Source: Candidatus Altiarchaeota archaeon (GTDB taxonomy: Archaea; Altiarchaeota; Altiarchaeia; IMC4; SCGC-AAA252-I15). Taken from it: DNA of 49,362 bases. Of this stretch, positions 36,999 to 46,210 are shown one piece after another; the first letter of the stretch is position 1, and each line of letters begins with the position of its first letter. The notes beneath the pieces were generated by a model. That model searched no databases and was not told the origin of the DNA. It saw nothing but the letters and a program-made list of their open reading frames with translations. The stretch is taken from contig JBDRLL010000035.1 of assembly GCA_043813075.1 (NCBI GenBank), positions 1 through 49,362 of the forward strand, in the 5' to 3' direction. The translations under genes and the position numbers were made by a program.

Positions 36999-37943
36999 AT
37001 GGTAGAACGCGATAAGGACGTATATCAACAGTTCAGGCAACTACACGACGAAGTCCACAAGGTAGTCATCGGGAACGACGAGGTCATACAAGGCATAATA
37101 ATATCCATCTTCAGCGGAGGGCACATACTACTCGAGAGCGTCCCAGGTATGGGAAAGACAGTCCTGAGCAAGACAATATCCCAGACGATGGACATGATAT
37201 TCAGGAGGATACAATGCACTCCAGACCTGACTTCCACAGACATAATGGGGAAAGTCGCCTACGACGAAGCGGCAAGGGAAAAAGTCCTGGAGAAGGGCCC
37301 CATATTCACCAACCTGCTTCTTGTGGACGAGATAAACAGGGCGCAGCCAGTAACACAGTCAGCGCTGCTCGAGGCCATGGCGGAGGGGGAGGTTACATTG
37401 GGCGGCGTAACGCACGAGCTCCCGCAGCCGTTCACAGTCCTCGCAACACAGAACCCGGTGGAACAGATGGGCACTTTCCCGCTCCCAGAAGCGCAGAAAG
37501 ACAGGTTCCTCTTCAAGGTGGTTATGCAGTACCTTAGCCTAGAGGAGGAGATGGCGATAGTCAAGATAAAAGGCATGAAAGAGACGATAAACAAGATATT
37601 CAACCCCCCGGAGATACTCATCATAAGGGAGGAGATAGAGAACAACGTCACGATATCAGACAGCATACTGGAATACGCCATAAGGATCGTTGAGGGGACC
37701 AGGTCAAGGCGGGAGGTGGCTACTGGAGGAAGCCCCAGAGCATCAGTAGCATTCTCAAAGACCGCCAAGACAAAGGCTTTCCTGGAGGGGAGGGACTACG
37801 TTACCGTGGAGGATATCAAGACCCTCGCATTCCCCATACTAAGACACAGGATAATACTCAACCCGGACTCGAGAGAATTCGGAGTAACGCCGGACGACAT
37901 AATAGCTAAAGTACTGGAGCACGTCGAACCACCAGTCGACTAG
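36999..37943 (+). CDS. MoxR-family AAA+ ATPase
   Basis: HILLESVPGMGKT, RIQCTPDL, LLVDEINRA, ATQNPVEQMGTFPLPEAQKDRF, GGSPRAS, LRHRI. Confidence 0.96.
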   Translation: MVERDKDVYQQFRQLHDEVHKVVIGNDEVIQGIIISIFSGGHILLESVPGMGKTVLSKTISQTMDMIFRRIQCTPDLTSTDIMGKVAYDEAAREKVLEKGPIFTNLLLVDEINRAQPVTQSALLEAMAEGEVTLGGVTHELPQPFTVLATQNPVEQMGTFPLPEAQKDRFLFKVVMQYLSLEEEMAIVKIKGMKETINKIFNPPEILIIREEIENNVTISDSILEYAIRIVEGTRSRREVATGGSPRASVAFSKTAKTKAFLEGRDYVTVEDIKTLAFPILRHRIILNPDSREFGVTPDDIIAKVLEHVEPPVD

Positions 37944-37948
37944 GTAAA

Positions 37949-40405
37949 ATGAACAGTAAAAAGATAATAACCGCATCAATACTGATGCTGCTGGCAGTGA
38001 ACGCCAGCTCACAGCCTGAAACAGAAGACATCCTTAAGGGGCCGTACACGAAATACGAGTTCGACCATGGATACACCTACATCCCGGGGGAGAGATACGG
38101 GACCAGGCCAGTCAGCAGGGATAACCTGGAGACGAAATGGGTTTACAGCACTCCTTCGCTGATAGGGGACGTGGGGACTGGGGACATAAACGGGGATGAT
38201 AAGGAGGAGGTGCTGGTTGGACTGAGCACCGGGCACGTTATTATCCTGGACGAGTTCGGGCATTACAAGGGGCAGTATGCTGTGGGTAATGCATCTGGCT
38301 TTGGGAGAGTCAATAAGATTCTTGTCTCAGACGTTGATAATAACGGTAGGAACGAGGTCTTGTTAGGGTTCGGGGGTGCGAAAAAGGTTTACGAATACAG
38401 TAAGACAGGCTTCAACCCGGAGGAGGATGGCACAATAACCCAGCAGACAAAGGTGTTGTACAAGGTCATAAGGAACTATGGTAGTGTGTCCCTCATAGAC
38501 GCCAAAGGCAACCTGCTGTGGAACTATTCGACAAGGGACAGCGTTAATGAGATCAAGGCGGCTAGGAGATATCCCTCAGACAAGGAGACCATATTCGCGG
38601 CGCTAGGGGACCTGACGACATACATATACAATGAATTCAAGGACTACACTGTGAGGAAAAAGGAGTGTGAGGACTTGGAGTACGTGAATGAGAGCATGGA
38701 GTATACGGAGTCTGAATGCGACTGCAGTGGATGCAAGTGGTACGACACCCCCTATGAGGATGAGCAGGGTGAATGCTTGAGGACTTATACTGTTGAAAAA
38801 TGCGAGTGGATTACGAAGACGTACAAGGGGTGGAATCTCACGGAATACCCGACGTACAATGGGAGCATAATAATGCTCGACCACGAAGGCAATCTAACGG
38901 CGACCTACGAGACAAAACTGAGGGATGATGAGGGTGTGGTAGTGGAGGGTGCTGACAACAACATATTGGACTTCGATCTGGCAGACATAACACTGGATAA
39001 GGACAGTGAGATAATACTCACGACAGAGAGTGGTGAAGTGCAGATTATGAATTACACACAACCCATAATCAAGGACAGGATAGCTAGATCATCTATAAGG
39101 AGTGTGGCTTCAGGAGACGTGAACAAGGACGGTGAGGTAGAGATCATAGTGGGTTCGGATGATGGCTCCATACTACTGCTGGGGGAAAAACTAAAAGTCC
39201 AATGGAAGCAGCAGGCCGAGGACATAGTAACGGACATAGAGGTCGTTGACATAGAGGAAGACGGCTACTTGGACATAGTTGCGACCTCCCGCGACAAGAG
39301 AGTATACGTGTTTGACCCCAACGGCATACTGCTTTGGAAGCAGAATTTGGGCAAAGACACGTATGGCATAGCGATAACAGACCTTGACAAGAACAACAGG
39401 AATGAGATGATAGTGTATTCCATAAACAATGTGACCTGCTTTGAGCTAACGGAATTCTACGTTAAGACCAAGAGGGCGAACACTTACTACGAGACTGCAT
39501 ACGAGAACCTTGAGGGAGGAGATTACACCAGGGCGATGATATTCGCCCAGAAAGCGAAGAGCCTGTTCCAGGAGATAAGCGACAGTGACGGCGAAGGCAG
39601 GTCAGACATACTCATAGGAAAAATCAACAACGAGTTCGCACTATACAGGAAGCATGAGGCGGAGAGGGGTTACCAGGATGCGATAAGCCTTTACTCGGTG
39701 AACAGCCTTGAAGAAGCGCTGGTATACGCTAACAAGGCTAGGGACATATACGAGGAGATAAACGACACGAAGAGCGTCGAGTCCATAGACGAATTCATAG
39801 AACAGATAAACAGGGAGAAGATGAGCAGGCGGAAAATGGAGGCAGACGCATACTATACCAAGGCACTGAGCTTCAAGGCACTGAGAAACTATTCCGCCGC
39901 AATGGAGTACATTGACAAGGCAAAGGAGATATACGAGGACATAAAATACCACAACGGGACTGGAAAGACAAGACTGCTCGTCACAAGCATCGGAGACGAC
40001 CACTATCAGAGGGCAGAACAGTACGAGCGGACCCTATACTACCAGAAGGCGGTTGAATACGCCGAGATGGCGAAGAAATACTACGTCATGGCAGGAGACA
40101 ACGTCTCGATAGTAAAAGCAGACAGGATGATAGAGAGAGTGGAAAACGCGTCAAGGCAAGGGGGAGACGGCGGGAGCGGCTTCAAAATAGACCTGAGGAT
40201 TGTAGGCGGTCTGGCGGCGGTAGTCCTAATAATAGCAGTAGTATTCGTCATGAAAGCAAGGAAAAAGACGGAATACGTCTCTGAAGAAGTCGACGACAAA
40301 GAAATCAACAGGATAGAAAAATCGCTGGAAAAACTCAAGAGGGACGGCGGACCAGGAGAAGGAGACCTGGAAGAACTGGAAGACTTTGACGATAAGAAGA
40401 TTTAG
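37949..40405 (+). CDS. signal-peptide protein with FG-GAP/PQQ-like beta-propeller, TPR-like helices and a C-terminal TM
   Basis: GDINGDDKEEVLVG, DVDNNGRNEV and GDVNKDGEVEIIVGSDDG repeats; A..Y..KA..IY helical repeats; late TM with an acidic tail. Confidence 0.85.
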   Translation: MNSKKIITASILMLLAVNASSQPETEDILKGPYTKYEFDHGYTYIPGERYGTRPVSRDNLETKWVYSTPSLIGDVGTGDINGDDKEEVLVGLSTGHVIILDEFGHYKGQYAVGNASGFGRVNKILVSDVDNNGRNEVLLGFGGAKKVYEYSKTGFNPEEDGTITQQTKVLYKVIRNYGSVSLIDAKGNLLWNYSTRDSVNEIKAARRYPSDKETIFAALGDLTTYIYNEFKDYTVRKKECEDLEYVNESMEYTESECDCSGCKWYDTPYEDEQGECLRTYTVEKCEWITKTYKGWNLTEYPTYNGSIIMLDHEGNLTATYETKLRDDEGVVVEGADNNILDFDLADITLDKDSEIILTTESGEVQIMNYTQPIIKDRIARSSIRSVASGDVNKDGEVEIIVGSDDGSILLLGEKLKVQWKQQAEDIVTDIEVVDIEEDGYLDIVATSRDKRVYVFDPNGILLWKQNLGKDTYGIAITDLDKNNRNEMIVYSINNVTCFELTEFYVKTKRANTYYETAYENLEGGDYTRAMIFAQKAKSLFQEISDSDGEGRSDILIGKINNEFALYRKHEAERGYQDAISLYSVNSLEEALVYANKARDIYEEINDTKSVESIDEFIEQINREKMSRRKMEADAYYTKALSFKALRNYSAAMEYIDKAKEIYEDIKYHNGTGKTRLLVTSIGDDHYQRAEQYERTLYYQKAVEYAEMAKKYYVMAGDNVSIVKADRMIERVENASRQGGDGGSGFKIDLRIVGGLAAVVLIIAVVFVMKARKKTEYVSEEVDDKEINRIEKSLEKLKRDGGPGEGDLEELEDFDDKKI

Positions 40406-40409
40406 ACCG

Positions 40410-40991
40410 ATGGCCAACGCCAACAAGAACCTTGCCAGAATAGCCATTCTATCAACAATAATTGTCGTATGGCATGTTGCGATAGACTCGAAGACCACTG
40501 TTTACGTTGGACTGATAGGGTTTTTAGCGCTCATCATATTGATGAACGCCGACGTCATGGTCAAACCCAGGATATTCTACGAAAGCTGGAGATACAGTTC
40601 AAAAGACGGGTTCAAGGCACGCCTCAAAAAGAGCATGGAAGGGGTGGACGAGGCCAGCATGGGCAGCAGGGAGAGGAGACTACTGTCATTCTACATACTA
40701 GGCAGGCTGGAGAAATCAGAGATGCTTGATACGTCAGAGATTGCCGCCGAACTGGATGTGAGCATATACACGCTCAACGAGATACTCGAATCCCTCCGCA
40801 AGCATAAGGTGATAGAACTGACCTACCCTCAGATGGAGAAGCTGCCGTTCATCACGAAAGTGAGCAAAAGCAGGAGCGTCAAGTTGAGAAACCAGATATT
40901 CGAGTCCATGACAGAGAAAAACATGCTGAGGGACAACAAGAAAAAATTCGCGGAAGAACTTAACAGATACATTAAGGGCATAAGGAGATAG
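40410..40991 (+). CDS. membrane-anchored winged-HTH protein
   Basis: Two N-terminal TM segments, then TSEIAAELDVSIYTLNEILESLRKHKVIEL. Confidence 0.7.
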   Translation: MANANKNLARIAILSTIIVVWHVAIDSKTTVYVGLIGFLALIILMNADVMVKPRIFYESWRYSSKDGFKARLKKSMEGVDEASMGSRERRLLSFYILGRLEKSEMLDTSEIAAELDVSIYTLNEILESLRKHKVIELTYPQMEKLPFITKVSKSRSVKLRNQIFESMTEKNMLRDNKKKFAEELNRYIKGIRR

Positions 40992-40992
40992 G

Positions 40993-41460
40993 CTAATACT
41001 TCAACAGCCAGTCGACAGTCCCCTTGAACACGGTCGACAGGAGGGTTATGACAACACCAGCAAAAACAACACCCAGTATTATCGACAGCAAACCCTTCCT
41101 GTTCTTAATGCCAAGCACATGGGCTGCGAGGGCACCGGAATAAGCCCCAGTCCCGGGCAGAGGAACACCGACGAAAAAAGCCAGGCCCATGAAACCATAC
41201 TTGTCGACGTAGGGCTTCGCCTTATTCTGGACCCGCGAGATTATACGGTCCATGAAAGGCAGCTTATTCAGCAGAAAGAAGAACCAGTCGAGAAACTTGA
41301 ATAAAGGATAGATTATCGCGACATTAGCTGTTGTCGCGACAATGAAGACAAGTACCGGATCCAAACCCCTGACTATGCCATACGGTATCGCCCCCCTCAA
41401 CTCAAGCCAAGGCAACACCGCAAGAAACACGACCTGCAGCCAGTCATAGAATGAAGCCAT
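40993..41460 (-). CDS. COG2426 / small multidrug export family membrane protein
   Basis: LPWLELRGAIP and FVGVPLPGTGAYSG signatures. Confidence 0.92.
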   Translation of the reverse strand: MASFYDWLQVVFLAVLPWLELRGAIPYGIVRGLDPVLVFIVATTANVAIIYPLFKFLDWFFFLLNKLPFMDRIISRVQNKAKPYVDKYGFMGLAFFVGVPLPGTGAYSGALAAHVLGIKNRKGLLSIILGVVFAGVVITLLSTVFKGTVDWLLKY

Positions 41461-41488
41461 TCCTTATTTTTAGGAGAATAGAAAATAA

Positions 41489-42184
41489 ATGAGTGAAATG
41501 CGTGAAAAAAAGGTGAAGAACCTGAAAACAGCCTATTTTACTGCAGTGATTATGTTAATACACCTTTCTTCAAGCATAACCGGCATAGAGATAGACCCTG
41601 ACATCGCCCTAGACATAGGAAACGACGGCATATACGAGTGGACGCAGAGACATGACTTCATAGGCCCTGAGAGAACGAGAAACCTCGCGAGCGACGTGGA
41701 CAGGATAGTAGCCGCAGGGTGCGTGTGCGACGGATGCTCGCTGAGCGGCAGTGGAGGATACTGCATCATACCGGTAAAATTCAGGTCAAAATACTCTGGG
41801 ATACTGAACATAGAGGACATAGACATCTCATACCATTCATCCACCATAATCGCCAACGTATCCTACGGGGAAAACTTCAGGAACGCTAGGGGAGACTGCT
41901 GGTACATACAGGACCCTGCGAAGACAGAGTTGTACAAGATACCGCCGGACGTGCAGTGCAGCATCAACCACCCCAAGTTCACTTCAGCAGTACACACATA
42001 CCCAGGGTCATATGATGCCATAGACGACGCAGTCTGGAGGCTGCTGAACGAGACCATGGACGAGGACAACAACTGGATTGTAGACCACACCATAAACAAC
42101 AACATGTCCATACAGGCACAGGGACTCATAGGCGTCCAGTCACTGTGGGGTCCAGCTAAAATGAGGCTGATAGTATGGGTATAG
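41489..42184 (+). CDS. secreted pilus-associated hypothetical protein
   Basis: Hydrophobic N-terminus; first gene of the pilus operon; C-terminal DAIDDAV.RLL...SLWGPA...LIVW. Confidence 0.65.
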   Translation: MSEMREKKVKNLKTAYFTAVIMLIHLSSSITGIEIDPDIALDIGNDGIYEWTQRHDFIGPERTRNLASDVDRIVAAGCVCDGCSLSGSGGYCIIPVKFRSKYSGILNIEDIDISYHSSTIIANVSYGENFRNARGDCWYIQDPAKTELYKIPPDVQCSINHPKFTSAVHTYPGSYDAIDDAVWRLLNETMDEDNNWIVDHTINNNMSIQAQGLIGVQSLWGPAKMRLIVWV

Positions 42185-43494
42185 ATGACAGGGGATACAT
42201 CTACACCCTGATAACCGTGGGGGCCATACTCATGATATTCTCGCTGGTCCTATTCTACTTCAACACAGAGGAGAGGCCGATAAACGAGAGGGTGAGCCGG
42301 CTTACGATGGACGAGCTGTACTATTTCGTAGAGTCGATAAAGAAGGATGCTGAGAGGAGCACGTCCATCGTCGCTCAGAGGGCGACCACATACGCGATAA
42401 ACCACATAATAGAGCACAATGAGAATCTGAACGACTACGTCATGCGCAACTGCAGTGAATTCCATTATCACATAAACGGGTCCCAGGCAGCGATAGCCGA
42501 ACTCATGTACTGCGGCACATTCAAGGGCAGCAGGACCGGGCCGGCAAGGTACATGGAGAACCATACCATGAGGGACTGGATCCTCAAGGTGCAGAACATA
42601 TCACAGAACATGTCTTACACCGCAGACATCAGATTCAGGAACCTTAGCATCGCACCCTACGACTCCCTGCACTTTATAGTGGTGGGCAGGTGGGACATGT
42701 ATGTGAGAGACGTTCACGGGAGAACATTCTACTCTATCAACAACATGCCGGTGTTTTCCGTGGTGCCGCTCGACACCCTTGAAGACCCCTCATTCCACCT
42801 GCACGACGGGCTGCCGTCAATGACCAGACACATAAACAAGTGCGAAAGGCCTAGGATAGTCAACGGGAGCGTCATGGACTCTTGGATAAACACGGGATGC
42901 TACATGCCGCGTGAAAACTATGTTAACGCACCCTCGATATTCGACAGGATGGAGGGGAGAGACACTCTGAGCGTGAAATACGTTGACCAGAGCCATGAGA
43001 CCGCGGTCGAACTCCACTATTCCCCGAAGGGCATAGCCATGGAAAGCCTTCTGGACCTTGAGGAGCTATCCAGCTTCGGCATAAACGTGGACTACAACAA
43101 AAGCCAGGTAGACTTCATGTACTGGCTCGACACGCCAGCATACTGCACTGTATCCGGCATGCAACACAACAGATTCAGGATAGACGTGCAACACGCGGTC
43201 GACTACGGCATAGAAGGGCTGGAATGCACGATAATAGTGACTAACGAGACGGGTGTGGACGTTTTCATGCCTGCGGTGATGACGGTGCCAGTCAATACAA
43301 CCATCTTCTGGGCGACTCCTGCTGATGAAAGGCACTTATTGAGCATAATACCCGACGTGTGGGAGGGGGATGTGGAACTGCTGAGCAGCAGCACATTCTC
43401 CTGGAAATTCACGGAACCGGAAGTCTACAGGATAAACTGCCTTAGCCTGGACCACGGCGACGCTGAAAACAGGATAGTCGTTCTGGACGTGTAA
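42175..43494 (+). CDS. class III signal peptide-like (minor pilin-like) protein with a C-terminal cupredoxin-like domain
   Basis: DDRG|YIYTL followed by a hydrophobic helix; C-terminal FMPAVMTVPVNTTIFW...H...FSWKFTEPEVY..NC...H. Confidence 0.7.
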   Translation: MGIDDRGYIYTLITVGAILMIFSLVLFYFNTEERPINERVSRLTMDELYYFVESIKKDAERSTSIVAQRATTYAINHIIEHNENLNDYVMRNCSEFHYHINGSQAAIAELMYCGTFKGSRTGPARYMENHTMRDWILKVQNISQNMSYTADIRFRNLSIAPYDSLHFIVVGRWDMYVRDVHGRTFYSINNMPVFSVVPLDTLEDPSFHLHDGLPSMTRHINKCERPRIVNGSVMDSWINTGCYMPRENYVNAPSIFDRMEGRDTLSVKYVDQSHETAVELHYSPKGIAMESLLDLEELSSFGINVDYNKSQVDFMYWLDTPAYCTVSGMQHNRFRIDVQHAVDYGIEGLECTIIVTNETGVDVFMPAVMTVPVNTTIFWATPADERHLLSIIPDVWEGDVELLSSSTFSWKFTEPEVYRINCLSLDHGDAENRIVVLDV

Positions 43495-43525
43495 TTTAAT
43501 TTAAAGAATATAATAGGTAACGACT

Positions 43526-45346
43526 ATGGCAGGAGACGACGCTAGTGAGAGAAAAAAAACAGCTATACAAAACTTTGTTGATTCTAGAGGCAGGGTAGCA
43601 GTCTCTGAAGTCGCGGAACACCTGGGGCTGGACGCTACTTCAGTCAACAGGATAGCGGAAGAAATGGGTAAGGAGGGCAGGATAAAGCTGGAGCCACACT
43701 ACCTCAGCGAGCCCTACTTGGAGTCCATCAAGCTGGAGGAGGAGAAGAAGGATATGTCCGAGGCAAAACAGGATGATATCCCAACACACACACCCAAAAT
43801 ACCGAAGGCAAGGGACGCCCCAAAGGAGATAGGCGAGAAAGAGGAGGTTGAGCTAGAGTCCTACAAGATAAACTCTGAAGACGTCAGCTTTGACGTCAAG
43901 ATACTTGACACCGGAGACTTCGTGCCCCACTACATGGTCTCCATGCCACACATCGACTTCGTGACACGAGCACTCTTGGATGAGACCAAGAGAGCGCTCA
44001 TAGGCGAGGTTCAGATAGAGTCGAGGGACGTGTTCGACGTCCTGAAATTCAGAAAGCTCAAGATGAAGTTCATGAACAGGGCTAAGGAGAAACTGAAGAC
44101 AGTCCTGAAGAAGTCATCACAAGCATACGTATCAACGCTGAGCAAGGTGCTCGTCAACGAGATGCTAGGGCTGGGAGACATAGAATACCTCCTCCTGGAC
44201 GATAGCATAGAGGAGGTGGTAGTCAACAACAGCAAAGACGTTGTCTGGATATACCACCAGAGATACGGGTGGCTGAAGAGCAACATAATAGTCCCAACAG
44301 AAGAGCTGATCATGAACTACAGCGCACGGGTCGCGAGAGAGGTTGGGAGGGAGATAACCCACATGAACCCGCTGCTAGACGCCCACCTCATAACCGGAGA
44401 CCGTGTGAACGCCACACTATACCCCATCTCAACGAAGGGGAACACTATAACGATAAGGAGATTCTCGCGGACGCCATGGACAGTCATCAACCTCATAAAA
44501 GAGGATGTAAAGACCCTAGACCCTGAAGTCGCAGCATTCCTCTGGCTCGCAGTCGAATACGAGCTCAGTATACTGGTGGCTGGGGGAACAGCCTCAGGTA
44601 AGACAACGGTACTGAACGCCATAATGCCGTTCATGCCAGCCAACCAGAGGATACTATCCCTGGAAGACACGAGGGAACTGAACCTGCCCGACTTCCTCCA
44701 GTGGGTTCCCATGACCATAAGACCCCCCAACCCGGAGGGAGATGGAGGCGTTGAAATGATAGACCTGCTTAAGAACGCCCTGAGGATGAGGCCAGACAGG
44801 GTGATTGTTGGGGAAGTCCGTGCCGCCAAGGAGACAGAAGTACTGTTCGAAGCCATGCACACAGGACACAGCGTCTACAGCACATTCCACGCTGAGACAG
44901 GCCAAGAAGTGGTTGACAGGATAACCAGCCCGCCGATGAACATACCGTCCGCTGTGATGAACTCGCTGCACCTGATCGTCGTCCAGTACCGTAACAGGAG
45001 GACGAGGCAGAGGAGGACCATGGAAGTTGTCGAACTCCTGAAGGATGACGTGAACAAGCCCAGACTGAACACACTGTACCAGTGGAACCCGAGGACCGAC
45101 AGCATAGAGAGGCTTAACCAGAGCATAAGAATAGCCAAGGACTTGGAGATGTTCACTGGAATGAGCCCAGAAGACATAGAGGTGGACTTGACTGGAAAGA
45201 GGAGGATACTGGAGTGGATGGTTGAGAAGAACATCATGGACGTCAACAGTGTGGGACGGGTGGTGACGGAATACTACTTGGACAAGGAGGCTGTGCTGGA
45301 CGTGGTTGAGAATAAAAAGACGTTGAGTTTTGAAGGCCAAGAATGA
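43526..45346 (+). CDS. type II/IV secretion (pilus assembly) ATPase with an N-terminal wHTH-like extension
   Basis: Walker A GGTASGKTT, LEDTREL, ALRMRPDRVIVGEVR, His box HTGH..STFHA. Confidence 0.95.
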   Translation: MAGDDASERKKTAIQNFVDSRGRVAVSEVAEHLGLDATSVNRIAEEMGKEGRIKLEPHYLSEPYLESIKLEEEKKDMSEAKQDDIPTHTPKIPKARDAPKEIGEKEEVELESYKINSEDVSFDVKILDTGDFVPHYMVSMPHIDFVTRALLDETKRALIGEVQIESRDVFDVLKFRKLKMKFMNRAKEKLKTVLKKSSQAYVSTLSKVLVNEMLGLGDIEYLLLDDSIEEVVVNNSKDVVWIYHQRYGWLKSNIIVPTEELIMNYSARVAREVGREITHMNPLLDAHLITGDRVNATLYPISTKGNTITIRRFSRTPWTVINLIKEDVKTLDPEVAAFLWLAVEYELSILVAGGTASGKTTVLNAIMPFMPANQRILSLEDTRELNLPDFLQWVPMTIRPPNPEGDGGVEMIDLLKNALRMRPDRVIVGEVRAAKETEVLFEAMHTGHSVYSTFHAETGQEVVDRITSPPMNIPSAVMNSLHLIVVQYRNRRTRQRRTMEVVELLKDDVNKPRLNTLYQWNPRTDSIERLNQSIRIAKDLEMFTGMSPEDIEVDLTGKRRILEWMVEKNIMDVNSVGRVVTEYYLDKEAVLDVVENKKTLSFEGQE

Positions 45347-46209
45347 CTTCCTTCCTTGAGTCGCGGAGCATATTAAAGATGTCTGAGCCCCTGGTGGAGT
45401 TCAGCAGGCGTCTTGAACCGCTTTTCCCCCAGATGGAGTGGGACTTAAGGAGGTCTGGATACACTCTCGAGACGAAGCAGTATATCGCAGTAATAGTCTA
45501 CATGACGATAGTCGTGCTCTTCACCATGGGCGCGATAACCCTGCTGTTCTACTACCTTGAAGTGGGGTTCAAGAGCAACTACAGCAGGATACTTTTCATA
45601 GTTGTGCCGTCGATAGTAACGCCACTCTACCTGACTATGATACCGAAAGTGGGTATAAAGCAGAGGGCGATGCTGATAGACAGGGACCTTGAGTTCATGC
45701 TGAAGGACATGCAGATACAGCTGTCGTCTGGAGTGCCCCTCTTCGACACCCTCGTCAACATAGCGAGAGGGGAATACGGGGAATGCTCACTGATTTCAGG
45801 GGGCATAATACAGGAGGTAGAGCAGGGAAAGTCCATAACAGAAGTCTTGGACAACGTGGGGATGTGGTCGCCGTCAGAGCACCTGAGGAAGACACTATGG
45901 CAGATAGTAAACGCGATAAAATCCGGTTCAGACGTCGTAGAATCGCTCAACGCCATATCAAACGACATAAGAATCGAGAAGGAGAACAGGATAAAAGCAT
46001 ACGGGAAAGAACTGAACCTCTGGGGGCTCATATACATGATGTGCGGGATAGTCATACCCTCAATGGGAGTCACACTACTGGTAATACTATCAAGCTTCAT
46101 GGGAAGGACATTCATAAACGAACAACTATTCTACCTTATACTATTGATAGTGGCGATATTCCACGCATTCTTCATATCATTCGTAAAATCAAAGAGGCCG
46201 AACATATAG
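45343..46209 (+). CDS. TadB/TadC-like (T2SS F family) pilus platform protein
   Basis: IDRDLEFML.DM..QLSSGVPL..TL, YGE.S, PSE.LRK..WQIVNA..SG. Confidence 0.9.
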   Translation: MTSFLESRSILKMSEPLVEFSRRLEPLFPQMEWDLRRSGYTLETKQYIAVIVYMTIVVLFTMGAITLLFYYLEVGFKSNYSRILFIVVPSIVTPLYLTMIPKVGIKQRAMLIDRDLEFMLKDMQIQLSSGVPLFDTLVNIARGEYGECSLISGGIIQEVEQGKSITEVLDNVGMWSPSEHLRKTLWQIVNAIKSGSDVVESLNAISNDIRIEKENRIKAYGKELNLWGLIYMMCGIVIPSMGVTLLVILSSFMGRTFINEQLFYLILLIVAIFHAFFISFVKSKRPNI

Positions 46210-46210
46210 G

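Noticed and set aside
44654-45340. 228-aa minus-strand ORF and similar antisense ORFs across 31773-47377
   Set aside because: Shadows of strongly biased, motif-rich plus-strand genes
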